64,000 nucleotides of DNA from an uncultured Acidobacteriota bacterium (GTDB lineage: Bacteria; Acidobacteriota; Terriglobia; Acidiferrales; UBA7541): contig CAWFEC010000002.1 of assembly GCA_963814735.1 (NCBI GenBank), positions 132,048 to 196,047 of the forward strand, in the 5' to 3' direction. The notes beneath the pieces were generated by a model that saw only the letters and a list, made by a program, of their open reading frames with translations, did not search any database and was not told the origin of the DNA. Each line of letters begins with the position of its first letter. Position 1 is the first letter of the stretch. The position numbers were made by a program, and so were the translations under genes. Positions 20,319 through 29,055 of this stretch are shown here, piece by piece.

Positions 20319-21601
20319 TTGGCTGAAACCGCGCAACTCTCGGACGAATTCATCCGGCAGCTCTCGGCTGTCGGCGAGGTGGACGTCCTCGTCGGAATCC
20401 CCACCTTCAATAATAAGGACACGATCGAACGCGTCGTGCGCGCCGTGCAGATCGGCCTCACCAAGTATTTTCACCGGGACCGCTGCGTCCTGATCAATCC
20501 GGATGGCGGTTCCACCGACGGCACGCCGGAAATATTCAAGAACGCTTCTGTCAGCGATTTCGAGATTATGCTCACTTCGAATCCGCTGCGCACGTTTCAC
20601 CGCGTGAGCGCGCCTTATCACGGCATTCCCGGCAAGGAAACGGCGCTGCGCACGCTATTTGTCGCGGCGGACCTGCTGCGCGCGAAGGCCTGTGCGATTT
20701 TGTCGCCGGCTTCGCTGAGCGTCACGCCGGAATGGGTCGAGAGTCTCGTTCGGCCGGTGTATCGCGAAAACTTTGATTTTGTAGCGCCGCTCTATCAGCG
20801 CCAGAAATTCGATGGATTGCTCGTCAAAGGCTTGCTCTCGCCGGTGATTCGCGCCGCCTACGGTGCTCGAATCCGGGAGCCGATCGCGAGCGACCTCGGT
20901 CTTTCGGGCAAACTGGCTCGCCATTTCCTCGAGCAAAATATCTGGGATCAGGATATGACGGCGTTCGGCCTCGAAATCTGGATGACGACGACGGCCATCG
21001 TCGACGGCTTCAAAATCTCCGAGGCATTCCTCGGGCCCAGAATTCAGCCGACGCCCCAATTCGGCCAGGATTTGCCCGGCACCATCCGCCAGGTGGTCGG
21101 GGCGCTCTTCAAATGCCTCGAGATGCACGAATCCTATTGGCTCCAGCGCACGGGCTCGGAGAGCCTTCCGACGTTCGGCTTTCAGTACGACGTCGCGCTT
21201 GAGCCGCTCAAACTCAGCACGAAGACGATTCTCGATAATTTCCGCTCCAACATCGATCAGCTCGTCCCTGTTCTCGAATCGATCCTCACGCCGGCCACGC
21301 TCGTGGATATCCGCAAAATGATTGACTTGCCGGACAAGCAGTTCCGCTGCTCCGACGAGCTCTGGGTGAAAACGATCTATGAATTTGCCGCTGCCTATCA
21401 CCATTCGGTGATCAATCGCGACCATCTTCTTCAGGCGCTGACGCCGCTTTATAGGGCCCGCGTGAGTTCGTTCATACTGGAAAACACAAAGCGCCCGCCG
21501 CGAAGCTGGACCAAAGAGTGGAGGAATTGGGACAGGAATTCGAGCGCCAGAAGCCCTATCTAATCGACCGCTGGAGCGCCAAAGCCGGAGGTGAGCGATG
21601 A
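20319..21601 (+). pseudogene. GT2-like glycosyltransferase, apparent single-nt frameshift near 21470-21495
   Basis: N-terminal VDVLVGIPTFNNKDTIERVV...NPDGGSTDGT has the GT-A fold pattern. The annotated frame ends in low-complexity ...RPPRSWTKEWRNWDRNSSARSPI. The neighbouring frame instead reads ...KAPAAKLDQRVEELGQEFERQKPYLIDRWSAKAGGER and stops at TGA 21599-21601, overlapping the next ATG (ATGA). Confidence 0.6.
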
Positions 21602-22318
21602 AGGATGTGGTTCTTCGAAGTCTCCACGAGACGTTCGGGAAGTTTGGCGACATGCTGCTGCAATTCCTGCCTCACCTGCTCGTGATGCTCATTATTTTCG
21701 TGCTGGGCTGGTTCGTCGCGATCATCCTGAAGTTCGTAACGCGCCGCATCTTCGCGCTCGTGAGGCTCAGCAAGCTCTCGAAGGACGCGGGACTCAGCCA
21801 GATTCTCTCGAAGGCGGATCTTCCTCCGGCGGGCGAGCTTTTCAGCAGCCTCGTTTTCTGGGTCGTCTGGTTTGCATTTCTGCTGATCGGAGTCGATGCC
21901 CTGGGCGTTCCGGAGTTGCAGCAGGAAGTCGGGAAATTCTTTCTGTTTCTGCCCCAGATTTTCGTCGCCCTGCTTGTGCTTTTCGGCGGCTTGCTCGCGG
22001 CCAACTTTTTCTCGCGCGCCGCTCTGCTGGCAGCGGTCAACGCGAATCTGCCGTCCGCGCGGGTCATCAGCGGATTTGTCCGGTTCATCATCATTTTGCT
22101 CACCGTCGCGATGGCTCTCGAACAGATCGCTCTTGCGCGCAGCACCGTCCTGATCACGTTCGCCATCGCCTTTCGGCGCGATCATGCTGGCGCTCGCGAT
22201 TGCTTTTGGAAGCGGCGGGCGGGACGCCGCGCACCGCATGCTCGACAGGATGTTTCCGCCGTCCGAGCCCAAGAAAGAAGAAGAGCGAGCTAAGCAGGAA
22301 GAGATTTCCCCTCTGTGA
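21598..22318 (+). pseudogene. conserved TM-helix repeat membrane protein (mechanosensitive-channel-related), apparent +1 frameshift near 22174
   Basis: Multiple TM segments. After ...LITFAIAF the annotated frame becomes RRDHAGARDCFWKRRAGRR. Skipping c22174 gives GAIMLALAIAFGSGGRDAAHRMLDRMFPPSEPKKEEERAKQEEISPL, ending at TGA 22316-22318. Confidence 0.6.
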
Positions 22319-22339
22319 GCGTGAAGTGCCGGGCTCGGT

Positions 22340-23958
22340 ATGGATGACGAAGCGATGAGCGCCCCTTCCCGATCGACAGTCTGGATGCGCTTGCAGAACG
22401 AACTGCAGCGGGCACTTCCCGATTTTATAAGGGCTCGCAGGTGGTTCGGCGGCAAGACGCGCACTATCCGGTCGGTCGAAATCGCGGACGTGATTCCGAT
22501 TCCGAACCCGGCCGTGGCGGCCGCAATCGTTGTCGCTCGCGTGAACTATCTCGAAGGCCCGAGCGATACGTATACCGTGCCGCTTCTCGAAGAAGCCCCC
22601 GGCGGGGCTCAGCCGAGCGAGCGACGACAACATGCGGATTCGCGTCCGCGACGCTGATGGCATGGAACACATCTTTTCGGACGCGCTCTCGAATAGAAGC
22701 CATCCTGGAAGCATTTTTCGATGCCATTCGCGAGGCGCGCCGTTTGTCGGGTGCGGTCGGGCGAGTTGGTTGGCGTCCCCGAGCGTTCCCTCGAACGGCT
22801 GCGAATCGCAGCAGCCGGAAAACTCGAGCCCTCGCCTCATGAAAGCCGAGCAGAGCAACAGCTCGGTGCTCTACGGGCGAGCATTCGTTCTGAAGTTTTT
22901 CCGGCATCTGGAAATGGGAGTCAATCCAGACCTTGAGCTTGGCCGCTTTTTATCCGAAAGGGCGGGCTTTCGGAATATTCCGCCGGTCTGCGGGCGCCTT
23001 CGAATACAGAACGGGAAATGGCGAGCCCGCCACAATGGCGATCTTGCAGGGCTTCGTCGCGAATCACGGCGACGCGTGGGAGCACACGCTGGAAGCTCTC
23101 TCGAGCTATTACGATCGAGTCGCGAGCGAAAGTGTCTCAGGGCCGAGCGCAAGATCAGCCAGTTCCCACGCGGACCTCTTGGGAGATTACGCGGGCGAGG
23201 CTGCGCTCCTCGGCCGGCGCACGGCGGAGATGCACGGCGCGCTCGCCTCGGATCGCAGTGATGCTGGTTTTGCGCCGGAAGCATTTTCTGCGGGCCTGCA
23301 GCGCGAAATATCCGAATCCATGATCAGCCTCGCTCGTGAGACGTTCGGCATGCTTCGCCTGCGCGCGCCGGATTTGCCTGAGCATCCACGAGCCGCGGCC
23401 ACCAGCACGCTCGCTTCGGAGAAAACGCTGATCGACCGTTTTCGTTCGCTCGCGGTCAGAAAGCTCACCGCCTTGCGCACGCGCATACACGGCGACCTTC
23501 ATCTCGGCCAGGTTCTTTTCACTGGCGAAGATTTTATGTTCATCGACTTTGAGGGCGAACCCGCGCGCACGCTCGCCGAGCGCCGCGAAAAGCATTCTCC
23601 TCTTCGCGACGTGGCCGGAATGGTGCGGTCGTTCCACTATGCGGCTTACGCGGCGCTGTTTCGCCGCGCGGGCAGCGCCGGCGCGCAATCGGACGAATCG
23701 CGGTCGCTCGTCCCATTCGCAAACGCATGGTATCGCGTCGCTTCGGGCGAATACCTGCGCGCGTATTTCGATACGGCCACAGCGTCGAGCGCCAATTTCC
23801 TTCCCGCCGATCCCGCTGAGCGCGAATTCGTTTTAAATTTCTGGCTCCTCGGCAAAGCCATCTACGAACTCAAATACGAGCTCAATCATCGCTTGGATTG
23901 GGTCGCGATCCCGCTCGAGGGAATCGTCATGCTCCTCCGAACGCCCGCCGCCACGTGA
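22340..23958 (+). pseudogene. mak: maltokinase (maltose 1-phosphate-forming, Pep2/Mak), interrupted by about 5 +1 frameshifts between 22610 and 23000
   Basis: Protein-like segments follow each other in successive frames: ...WFGGKTRTIRSVEI...TYTVPLLEE (frame 2), RIRVRDADGMEHIFSDAL (frame 0), EAILEAFFDAIREARRLSGAVG (frame 1), ELVGVPERSLERLRIAAAGKLEPS (frame 2), LMKAEQSNSSVLYGRAFVLKFFRHLEMGVNPDLELGRFL (frame 0), FEYRTGNGEPATMAILQGFVANHGDAW... to the stop at 23958 (frame 1). The EQSN-S motif and the kinase region HGDLHLGQVL..DFEGEP are present. Confidence 0.7.
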
Positions 23959-25796
23959 GCGTGGGCGCAAAGGCCGATCTCGGCTGCACGCACGTCAGTG
24001 GTGACCGGTACGAGTTCCTGGTGTGGGCGCCTCGCGCCGAAAAGGTTGAAGTCCACATCGTCTCGCCCACCGAGCGATTCATCGAGATGCAGCCCAAGGC
24101 GCGCGGCTATCATCGCGCCGTCGCTGATGGCATGAAGCCGGGCGATCGCTACTTCTATAGGCTCAATGGCGACATCGACCGCCCCGATCCGGCATCGCGC
24201 CTTCAGCCGGACATTCACGGGCCGTCGGAAATCCTCGATCTGCGATTTGATTGGCGCGATGCATCGTGGAAAGGCTTATCGCTCGAAAAGTATGTTCTCT
24301 ACGAGCTGCACGTCGGCACGTTCACGCCCGAAGGCACGCTCGACGCGATCATCCCGCGGCTCGGCGACCTGAAGGATCTCGGTATCACGTCGATCGAACT
24401 GATGCCGCTCGCCCAATTTCCCGGCGCGCGCAACTGGGGCTACGACGGCGTGTATCCGTACGCCGTCCACACAGCCTATGGCGGCCCGCTCGCGCTGAAA
24501 CGGTTGGTGGACGCCTGCCATCAGCACGGCCTCGCCGTCACTCTCGATGTCGTCTACAACCACCTCGGCCCGGAAGGGAACTACCTCTCGTCGTTTGGCC
24601 CGTATTTCACCGACCATTACAAAACGCCCTGGGGCGATGCGCTCAATTTCGATTTGCAGTTGAGCGATGAGGTGTGCCGCTATTTCATCGACAACGCCCT
24701 GTATTGGATCACCGAATTTCACATCGACGCGCTGCGTCTCGACGCCGTCCACGCCATCATCGATTCTTCCGCGCGCCCGTTCGTCGAGCAACTTGCACTT
24801 GCTGTCCACGATAGAGCGCGCGAACTCGATCGCAAGGTGCAGGTGATCGCCGAGAGCGATCGAAATGACTCGCGTATCGTTCGCGATCTCGAAAAAGGCG
24901 GCTGGGGTCTCGATGGCACGTGGAGCGACGACATCCATCACGCCGTCCACGCGCTTCTCACCGGCGAGCAGAACGGCTACTACGCCGATTTCAGCGGCAT
25001 TGCGCGGCTGGCCACGGTCCTTCGCGAAGGCTTCGTCTATTCAGGTCAGTACTCCAAATATCGCCGGCGAAGCCATGGGAATTCCGCGCGCGATTTGCCC
25101 GGCAAGCGCTTCGTCGTCTTCTCGCAGAATCACGATCAGGTCGGCAACCGCATGCGCGGTGAACGCCTCTCCTCGCTCGTTTCGTTCGAGAGCCTCAAAC
25201 TCGCGGCGGGCACGATCCTTCTCAGCCCGTTCGTGCCTTTGATTTTCATGGGCGAAGAATACGGCGAGAAGGCGCCGTTCCTCTATTTCGTCAGCCATTC
25301 CGATCCGGACCTGATCGAAGCCGTACGCAAGGGCCGCGCCGACGAATTCCGCGCGTTCCGCTGGGAGGGCGAGCCGCTCGATCCGCAGAGCGAAGAGACC
25401 TTCGCGCGATGCAAGCTGCACTGGGGCGAACGCAACAACGGCGAGCACGGCGCCCTGCGCGCGTTCTACAAGGAACTCCTGCGCCTGCGCCGCGAAGTCC
25501 CCGCTCTCGCGAGCCTCGAAATGCAGAGCCTTCGCGCCGTTGCCGGCGAGGATTGCGGGGTCCTTTTTGTCCGCCGCCCGCACGAACGCGGCGACGCAGT
25601 CGTCGCGCTTCACTTCGGCGCGGAGCCGGCGCGCGTGGCGTTTCCGTTCGCGCGCGGCGCGTGGAACAAGCTGATCGATTCCGCCGAAGAGCGCTGGTCG
25701 GGCCCGGGGAGCCCTGCCCCGGTCGCAATCGATTCGCAGGGCGAAGTTTCCTTGGTGCTAGGTCCGAAATCCTTCGCGGTCTACGCGAAGTCGTAA
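23955..25796 (+). CDS. treZ: malto-oligosyltrehalose trehalohydrolase
   Basis: YEFLVWAPRAEKVEV (CBM48), YELHVGTFTPEGT, GITSIELMP, DVVYNHLGPEGNY, LRLDAVHAI, SQNHDQVGNR. The GTG 23955 start overlaps the mak stop (GTGA). Confidence 0.85.
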   Translation: MSVGAKADLGCTHVSGDRYEFLVWAPRAEKVEVHIVSPTERFIEMQPKARGYHRAVADGMKPGDRYFYRLNGDIDRPDPASRLQPDIHGPSEILDLRFDWRDASWKGLSLEKYVLYELHVGTFTPEGTLDAIIPRLGDLKDLGITSIELMPLAQFPGARNWGYDGVYPYAVHTAYGGPLALKRLVDACHQHGLAVTLDVVYNHLGPEGNYLSSFGPYFTDHYKTPWGDALNFDLQLSDEVCRYFIDNALYWITEFHIDALRLDAVHAIIDSSARPFVEQLALAVHDRARELDRKVQVIAESDRNDSRIVRDLEKGGWGLDGTWSDDIHHAVHALLTGEQNGYYADFSGIARLATVLREGFVYSGQYSKYRRRSHGNSARDLPGKRFVVFSQNHDQVGNRMRGERLSSLVSFESLKLAAGTILLSPFVPLIFMGEEYGEKAPFLYFVSHSDPDLIEAVRKGRADEFRAFRWEGEPLDPQSEETFARCKLHWGERNNGEHGALRAFYKELLRLRREVPALASLEMQSLRAVAGEDCGVLFVRRPHERGDAVVALHFGAEPARVAFPFARGAWNKLIDSAEERWSGPGSPAPVAIDSQGEVSLVLGPKSFAVYAKS

Positions 25797-25807
25797 CGAA
25801 CGCTGCG

Positions 25808-26089
25808 CTATCGGCCGAGCCTGCGCTTGATCTCGCGCTCGAATTGCGGAAAATAGCGCCCGATCAGCGACAAGTCGAATCGGGCTAAAATCAATTCCTT
25901 CGCCTCGTTTTCCAGCAGAAATTCAAATGAGCGCCGCACAAGTTCCTGCGGTTCAGCCTTGCCTTTCGCGAGCCGTTCGTAATCCTCACCCTTCAGCGTC
26001 ACGCGGTGCGACGTCTCCGTCTTGCCTTCGATCACGCGCACGCGAAAATCGCCTTCGCCGATCTGCTCGACTTCAATCTTCGCGGCCAT
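25808..26089 (-). CDS. conserved hypothetical protein (93 aa)
   Basis: Clean ORF. The pattern ...HRVTLKGEDYERL...ELVRRSFEFLLENE....ILARFDLSLIGRYFPQFEREI resembles a small conserved family seen in Actinobacteria and other soil bacteria. Confidence 0.55.
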   Translation of the reverse strand: MAAKIEVEQIGEGDFRVRVIEGKTETSHRVTLKGEDYERLAKGKAEPQELVRRSFEFLLENEAKELILARFDLSLIGRYFPQFEREIKRRLGR

Positions 26090-26192
26090 TCTCCCAGCCT
26101 ACTTTTTTCGCCCGCCGAATTCCATAGCGCGGTTGCGGTCGCGCAGGCGTTTTGGTATAGATGCGGCGCACGCTTTTTCGAACGGGGGAACC

Positions 26193-27185
26193 ATGGCCAG
26201 AAAACTGTTCTTAGCAGGCGTGTTTGCCATTTTGATCTGCGGATTTGTCGCGCTTCGATCTGCCAAACCGACGCTGGCCGCCGCCGCGCCCGTTCCCGCC
26301 GCGGCGAGTGACTGCGATCGCGCATGCCTCAACGGTTTCGTCGACAAGTTTCTCGCCGCCCTTGTGGCGCACGACCCGTCGAAGCTCCCCCACACGCCCG
26401 ATCTGAGGTATTCCGAAAACAATGTGATGCTCCAGCCCGGCGACGGCCTCTGGGCCACCGCGGACGGAATCGGTTCCTACAAAATTTACATCGACGATCC
26501 CGAGGCCGGCGAAGTCGGCTACTACGGCATCGTGAGCGAAGACACGCATCCGAGCATCTTCGGCATGCGCATGAAAGTGGTGCACCAGAAAGTTTCGGAG
26601 ATCGAGGTCGTCGTCGCTCGCCGCGACCAGCCGAACAGCCCTTTCGGCAACCCGGATAACCTGAAGGAGAAGCCGGTCTTTTCCGAAGACATTCCCGCGG
26701 ACAAACGCCTTTCCCGCGCGAAGCTGATCTCCATCGCCGACTCCTACTTCTCCACGATCCAGCAGAACTCGGGAAAAATCTACGCGCCGTTCGCCAGCGA
26801 TTGCCAGCGTGTAGAAAACGGCATGATCACGGCCAACAATCCCGACGGCACCGGAGTCGCCAAGCAGGGTTGCGAGGAGCAATTGAACAAGGGCCTGCTG
26901 ATCTTCGTCACGCGCTGCCGCGATCGCCGCTTCGTGGTTGTCGACCAGCAGAAGGGCCTCGTGCTAGTCAACGGTTTCTTCGATCATGCCGGCGTGATCA
27001 CACACTACAAATTGACCGACGGAACGCCGCACACCGTCGCGCCGCCATTCGACCGGCCCTATTCGTTCAACATGTTCGAGCTATTCAAGGTCAATGAAGA
27101 CGGCAAAATCCGCCAGATCGAGGCCGTAATCCTGACGGTGCCGTACCACATGCCGACGCCCTGGCCTCCCACGCCGATGAAATAG
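26193..27185 (+). CDS. secreted protein of unknown function, tandem paralogue A
   Basis: ATG 26193 gives MARKLFLAGVFAILICGFVALRSA (signal peptide). Conserved CDRACLNGFVDKFLAALVAHDPSKLP and a C-terminal ...FKVNEDGKIRQIEAV (NTF2-like ending). The track start at 26022 is an over-extension. Confidence 0.6.
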   Translation: MARKLFLAGVFAILICGFVALRSAKPTLAAAAPVPAAASDCDRACLNGFVDKFLAALVAHDPSKLPHTPDLRYSENNVMLQPGDGLWATADGIGSYKIYIDDPEAGEVGYYGIVSEDTHPSIFGMRMKVVHQKVSEIEVVVARRDQPNSPFGNPDNLKEKPVFSEDIPADKRLSRAKLISIADSYFSTIQQNSGKIYAPFASDCQRVENGMITANNPDGTGVAKQGCEEQLNKGLLIFVTRCRDRRFVVVDQQKGLVLVNGFFDHAGVITHYKLTDGTPHTVAPPFDRPYSFNMFELFKVNEDGKIRQIEAVILTVPYHMPTPWPPTPMK

Positions 27186-27231
27186 TTGCTTCGGCACGCC
27201 GGTTCGCGCCGAAGCGAAGATTGGGGGAATC

Positions 27232-28206
27232 ATGCGCACAGTAAGAATCAGTTTCGTCTGCGCGTTTATGCTTGTCATGATCGCCGCGCGGCCCGCCGTG
27301 GCTCAATCGTCGGCTGCGATCCCGCAGGATTACGATCCGAATTTCAATTACGATTGCGGCCGCGCCTGCCTCGACGGCTACGTCGATCAGTATCTCGCCG
27401 CGCTCGTCGCTCACGATCCCTCGCGCCTTCCTCTCGCGCGCCAGGTCAAGTTCACTGAGAACGGCCAGGAGCTCAAGCCTGGCGACGGTCTGTGGGGCAC
27501 GGCCACCGGCATCGGCAACTACAAAATCTACGCCGACGATCCGCAGGCGGGTGAAGTCATGTTCATGGGCACCATGCTCGAAAATGGCGCACCGATCATC
27601 TTCAATCTCCGCCTGAAGGTCGAGCTTCGCCGCATCACCGAAATCGAAACCCTTGTCGCGCGCAAGGAAGCCGGCAGCCTGGCTCGCCCCGAGAATCTCG
27701 TCACGCCCAATCCGCTTTTCGCCGAAACGGTCCCGGCCTCCGAGCGCCGCTCGCGCCAAAATATGATCGCCATCGCCAACAGCTATTTCAGCGCCATCGA
27801 AAAGGGCCACGCCTCCTACGTCCCCTTCGACAAGGACTGCAATCGCATCGAAAGCGGCGTGCAGACCACCAACAACAAGCAGCTCGCGACCGGTCCAGAT
27901 TCCGTTCTCGGCCTCGGCTGTGCGGATCAGCTTAAAACCCGCAACTTCCAGCCGGACACGCTGATTCGCGACCGCCGATTCGCGGTGATTGACGAAGAGC
28001 GTGGCCTCGTTTTCGTCCTCGGCTTCTTCGACCACGACGCCACGCTGCGATCCTACACGCTCGCCGATGGCCGCACGGTGAAGCAAACCCGCACCGCCCC
28101 TTGGACCTGGGAGATCGCCGAAATGTTCAAGATTCAGGATGGAAAGATCATGCGTGTCGAAGCCATCGTCAACACCTGCCCCTACGGGATGAAATCCGGC
28201 TGGTAA
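27232..28206 (+). CDS. secreted protein of unknown function, tandem paralogue B
   Basis: Signal peptide MRTVRISFVCAFMLVMIAARPAVA. Collinear with paralogue A (CGRACLDGYVDQYLAALVAHDPSRLP, PGDGLWGTATGIGNYKIY, DRRFAVIDEERGLV, FKIQDGKIMRVEAIV), and four Cys positions are conserved. Confidence 0.6.
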   Translation: MRTVRISFVCAFMLVMIAARPAVAQSSAAIPQDYDPNFNYDCGRACLDGYVDQYLAALVAHDPSRLPLARQVKFTENGQELKPGDGLWGTATGIGNYKIYADDPQAGEVMFMGTMLENGAPIIFNLRLKVELRRITEIETLVARKEAGSLARPENLVTPNPLFAETVPASERRSRQNMIAIANSYFSAIEKGHASYVPFDKDCNRIESGVQTTNNKQLATGPDSVLGLGCADQLKTRNFQPDTLIRDRRFAVIDEERGLVFVLGFFDHDATLRSYTLADGRTVKQTRTAPWTWEIAEMFKIQDGKIMRVEAIVNTCPYGMKSGW

Positions 28207-28243
28207 TTGGCACAAGCGTCACCATAACAAGAAAATTCTCACT

Positions 28244-28259
28244 TGTGACGCCCATCACA
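28244..28259. promoter_or_regulatory. perfect CRP/FNR-family palindrome TGTGA-N6-TCACA upstream of actA
   Basis: TGTGACGCCCATCACA read directly from the sequence. Its centre is about 97 nt upstream of the proposed actA start. Confidence 0.4.
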
Positions 28260-28348
28260 CGCCTGAAATGATGGTTTACACGCGTCACGGCGGCATGTAG
28301 TATGTCCCGTTCGCATGCAGATTTTTATTCGACGAGGATAATTTTTCG

Positions 28349-28960
28349 TTGTTTCCGCACTCTTTCAATCGGTGGGTTCGCCTTGCAATTGTGAGTGGGG
28401 TGATCGTTCTTGGCTGCTCCGTTTTCGAATGGAGGCTCCACGCCCAGGAGCAATCCGCTTCTCCAGCGCCAAGCGACGAAGTCTTCACCACGGCACACCG
28501 CACCGTTCTCGCAGCGATTCGCGAATACCTCGGCATTCTTCCGACGCCGGTCCAGCCGATCGCCTTTACGCACAAAGTGCACCTCGCGAATGGTTTACAG
28601 TGTGTGAACTGCCACACGGGCGTGGATCAAGGTCCCGACGCGCGCATTCCCAGCGTCAATTTCTGCATGAACTGCCATCGGGTGATTGCCACGGACAAGC
28701 CCGAGATCAAAAAAGTCGCCGCGTATTTCGCGCGCGGCGAGGACATTCCCTGGCAGCGCGTCTATGGCTTCGAGCCTTCCGCGCACGTGAAGTTCAATCA
28801 CGCGCCGCATATTCGCGCGGGCATCGATTGCAAGGAATGCCACGGTGACATGACGACGCAAACGGTCGCCGAGCGCAAAGTCAACTTCACGATGGGCCTA
28901 TGCATTCAGTGTCACAAGCAGCACAAAGCATCGATTGATTGCGTCACATGTCACTACTAG
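28349..28960 (+). CDS. actA: Alternative Complex III-like pentahaem cytochrome c subunit
   Basis: Five CxxCH motifs (CVNCH, CMNCH, CKECH, CIQCH, CVTCH) and an N-terminal TM helix. It directly precedes the Mo-oxidoreductase/FeS/NrfD genes. TTG start with GAGGA 9 nt upstream; the start is uncertain. Confidence 0.8.
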   Translation: MFPHSFNRWVRLAIVSGVIVLGCSVFEWRLHAQEQSASPAPSDEVFTTAHRTVLAAIREYLGILPTPVQPIAFTHKVHLANGLQCVNCHTGVDQGPDARIPSVNFCMNCHRVIATDKPEIKKVAAYFARGEDIPWQRVYGFEPSAHVKFNHAPHIRAGIDCKECHGDMTTQTVAERKVNFTMGLCIQCHKQHKASIDCVTCHY

Positions 28961-28982
28961 TTTTGCTGTGGGATGTTTAGGG

Positions 28983-29002
28983 GGTCGGAGCTTCAGCTCC
29001 GA
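28983..29002 (+). other. perfect 8-bp stem-loop between actA and actB1
   Basis: GTCGGAGC-TTCA-GCTCCGAC, 23 nt after the actA stop. No U tract follows, so this is more likely an intercistronic RNA structure than a terminator. Confidence 0.3.
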
Positions 29003-29055
29003 CATACGGTTGCTGGGAGCACTTGGGCTTTAGCCCCTGAGGACAACAGGTTTTC

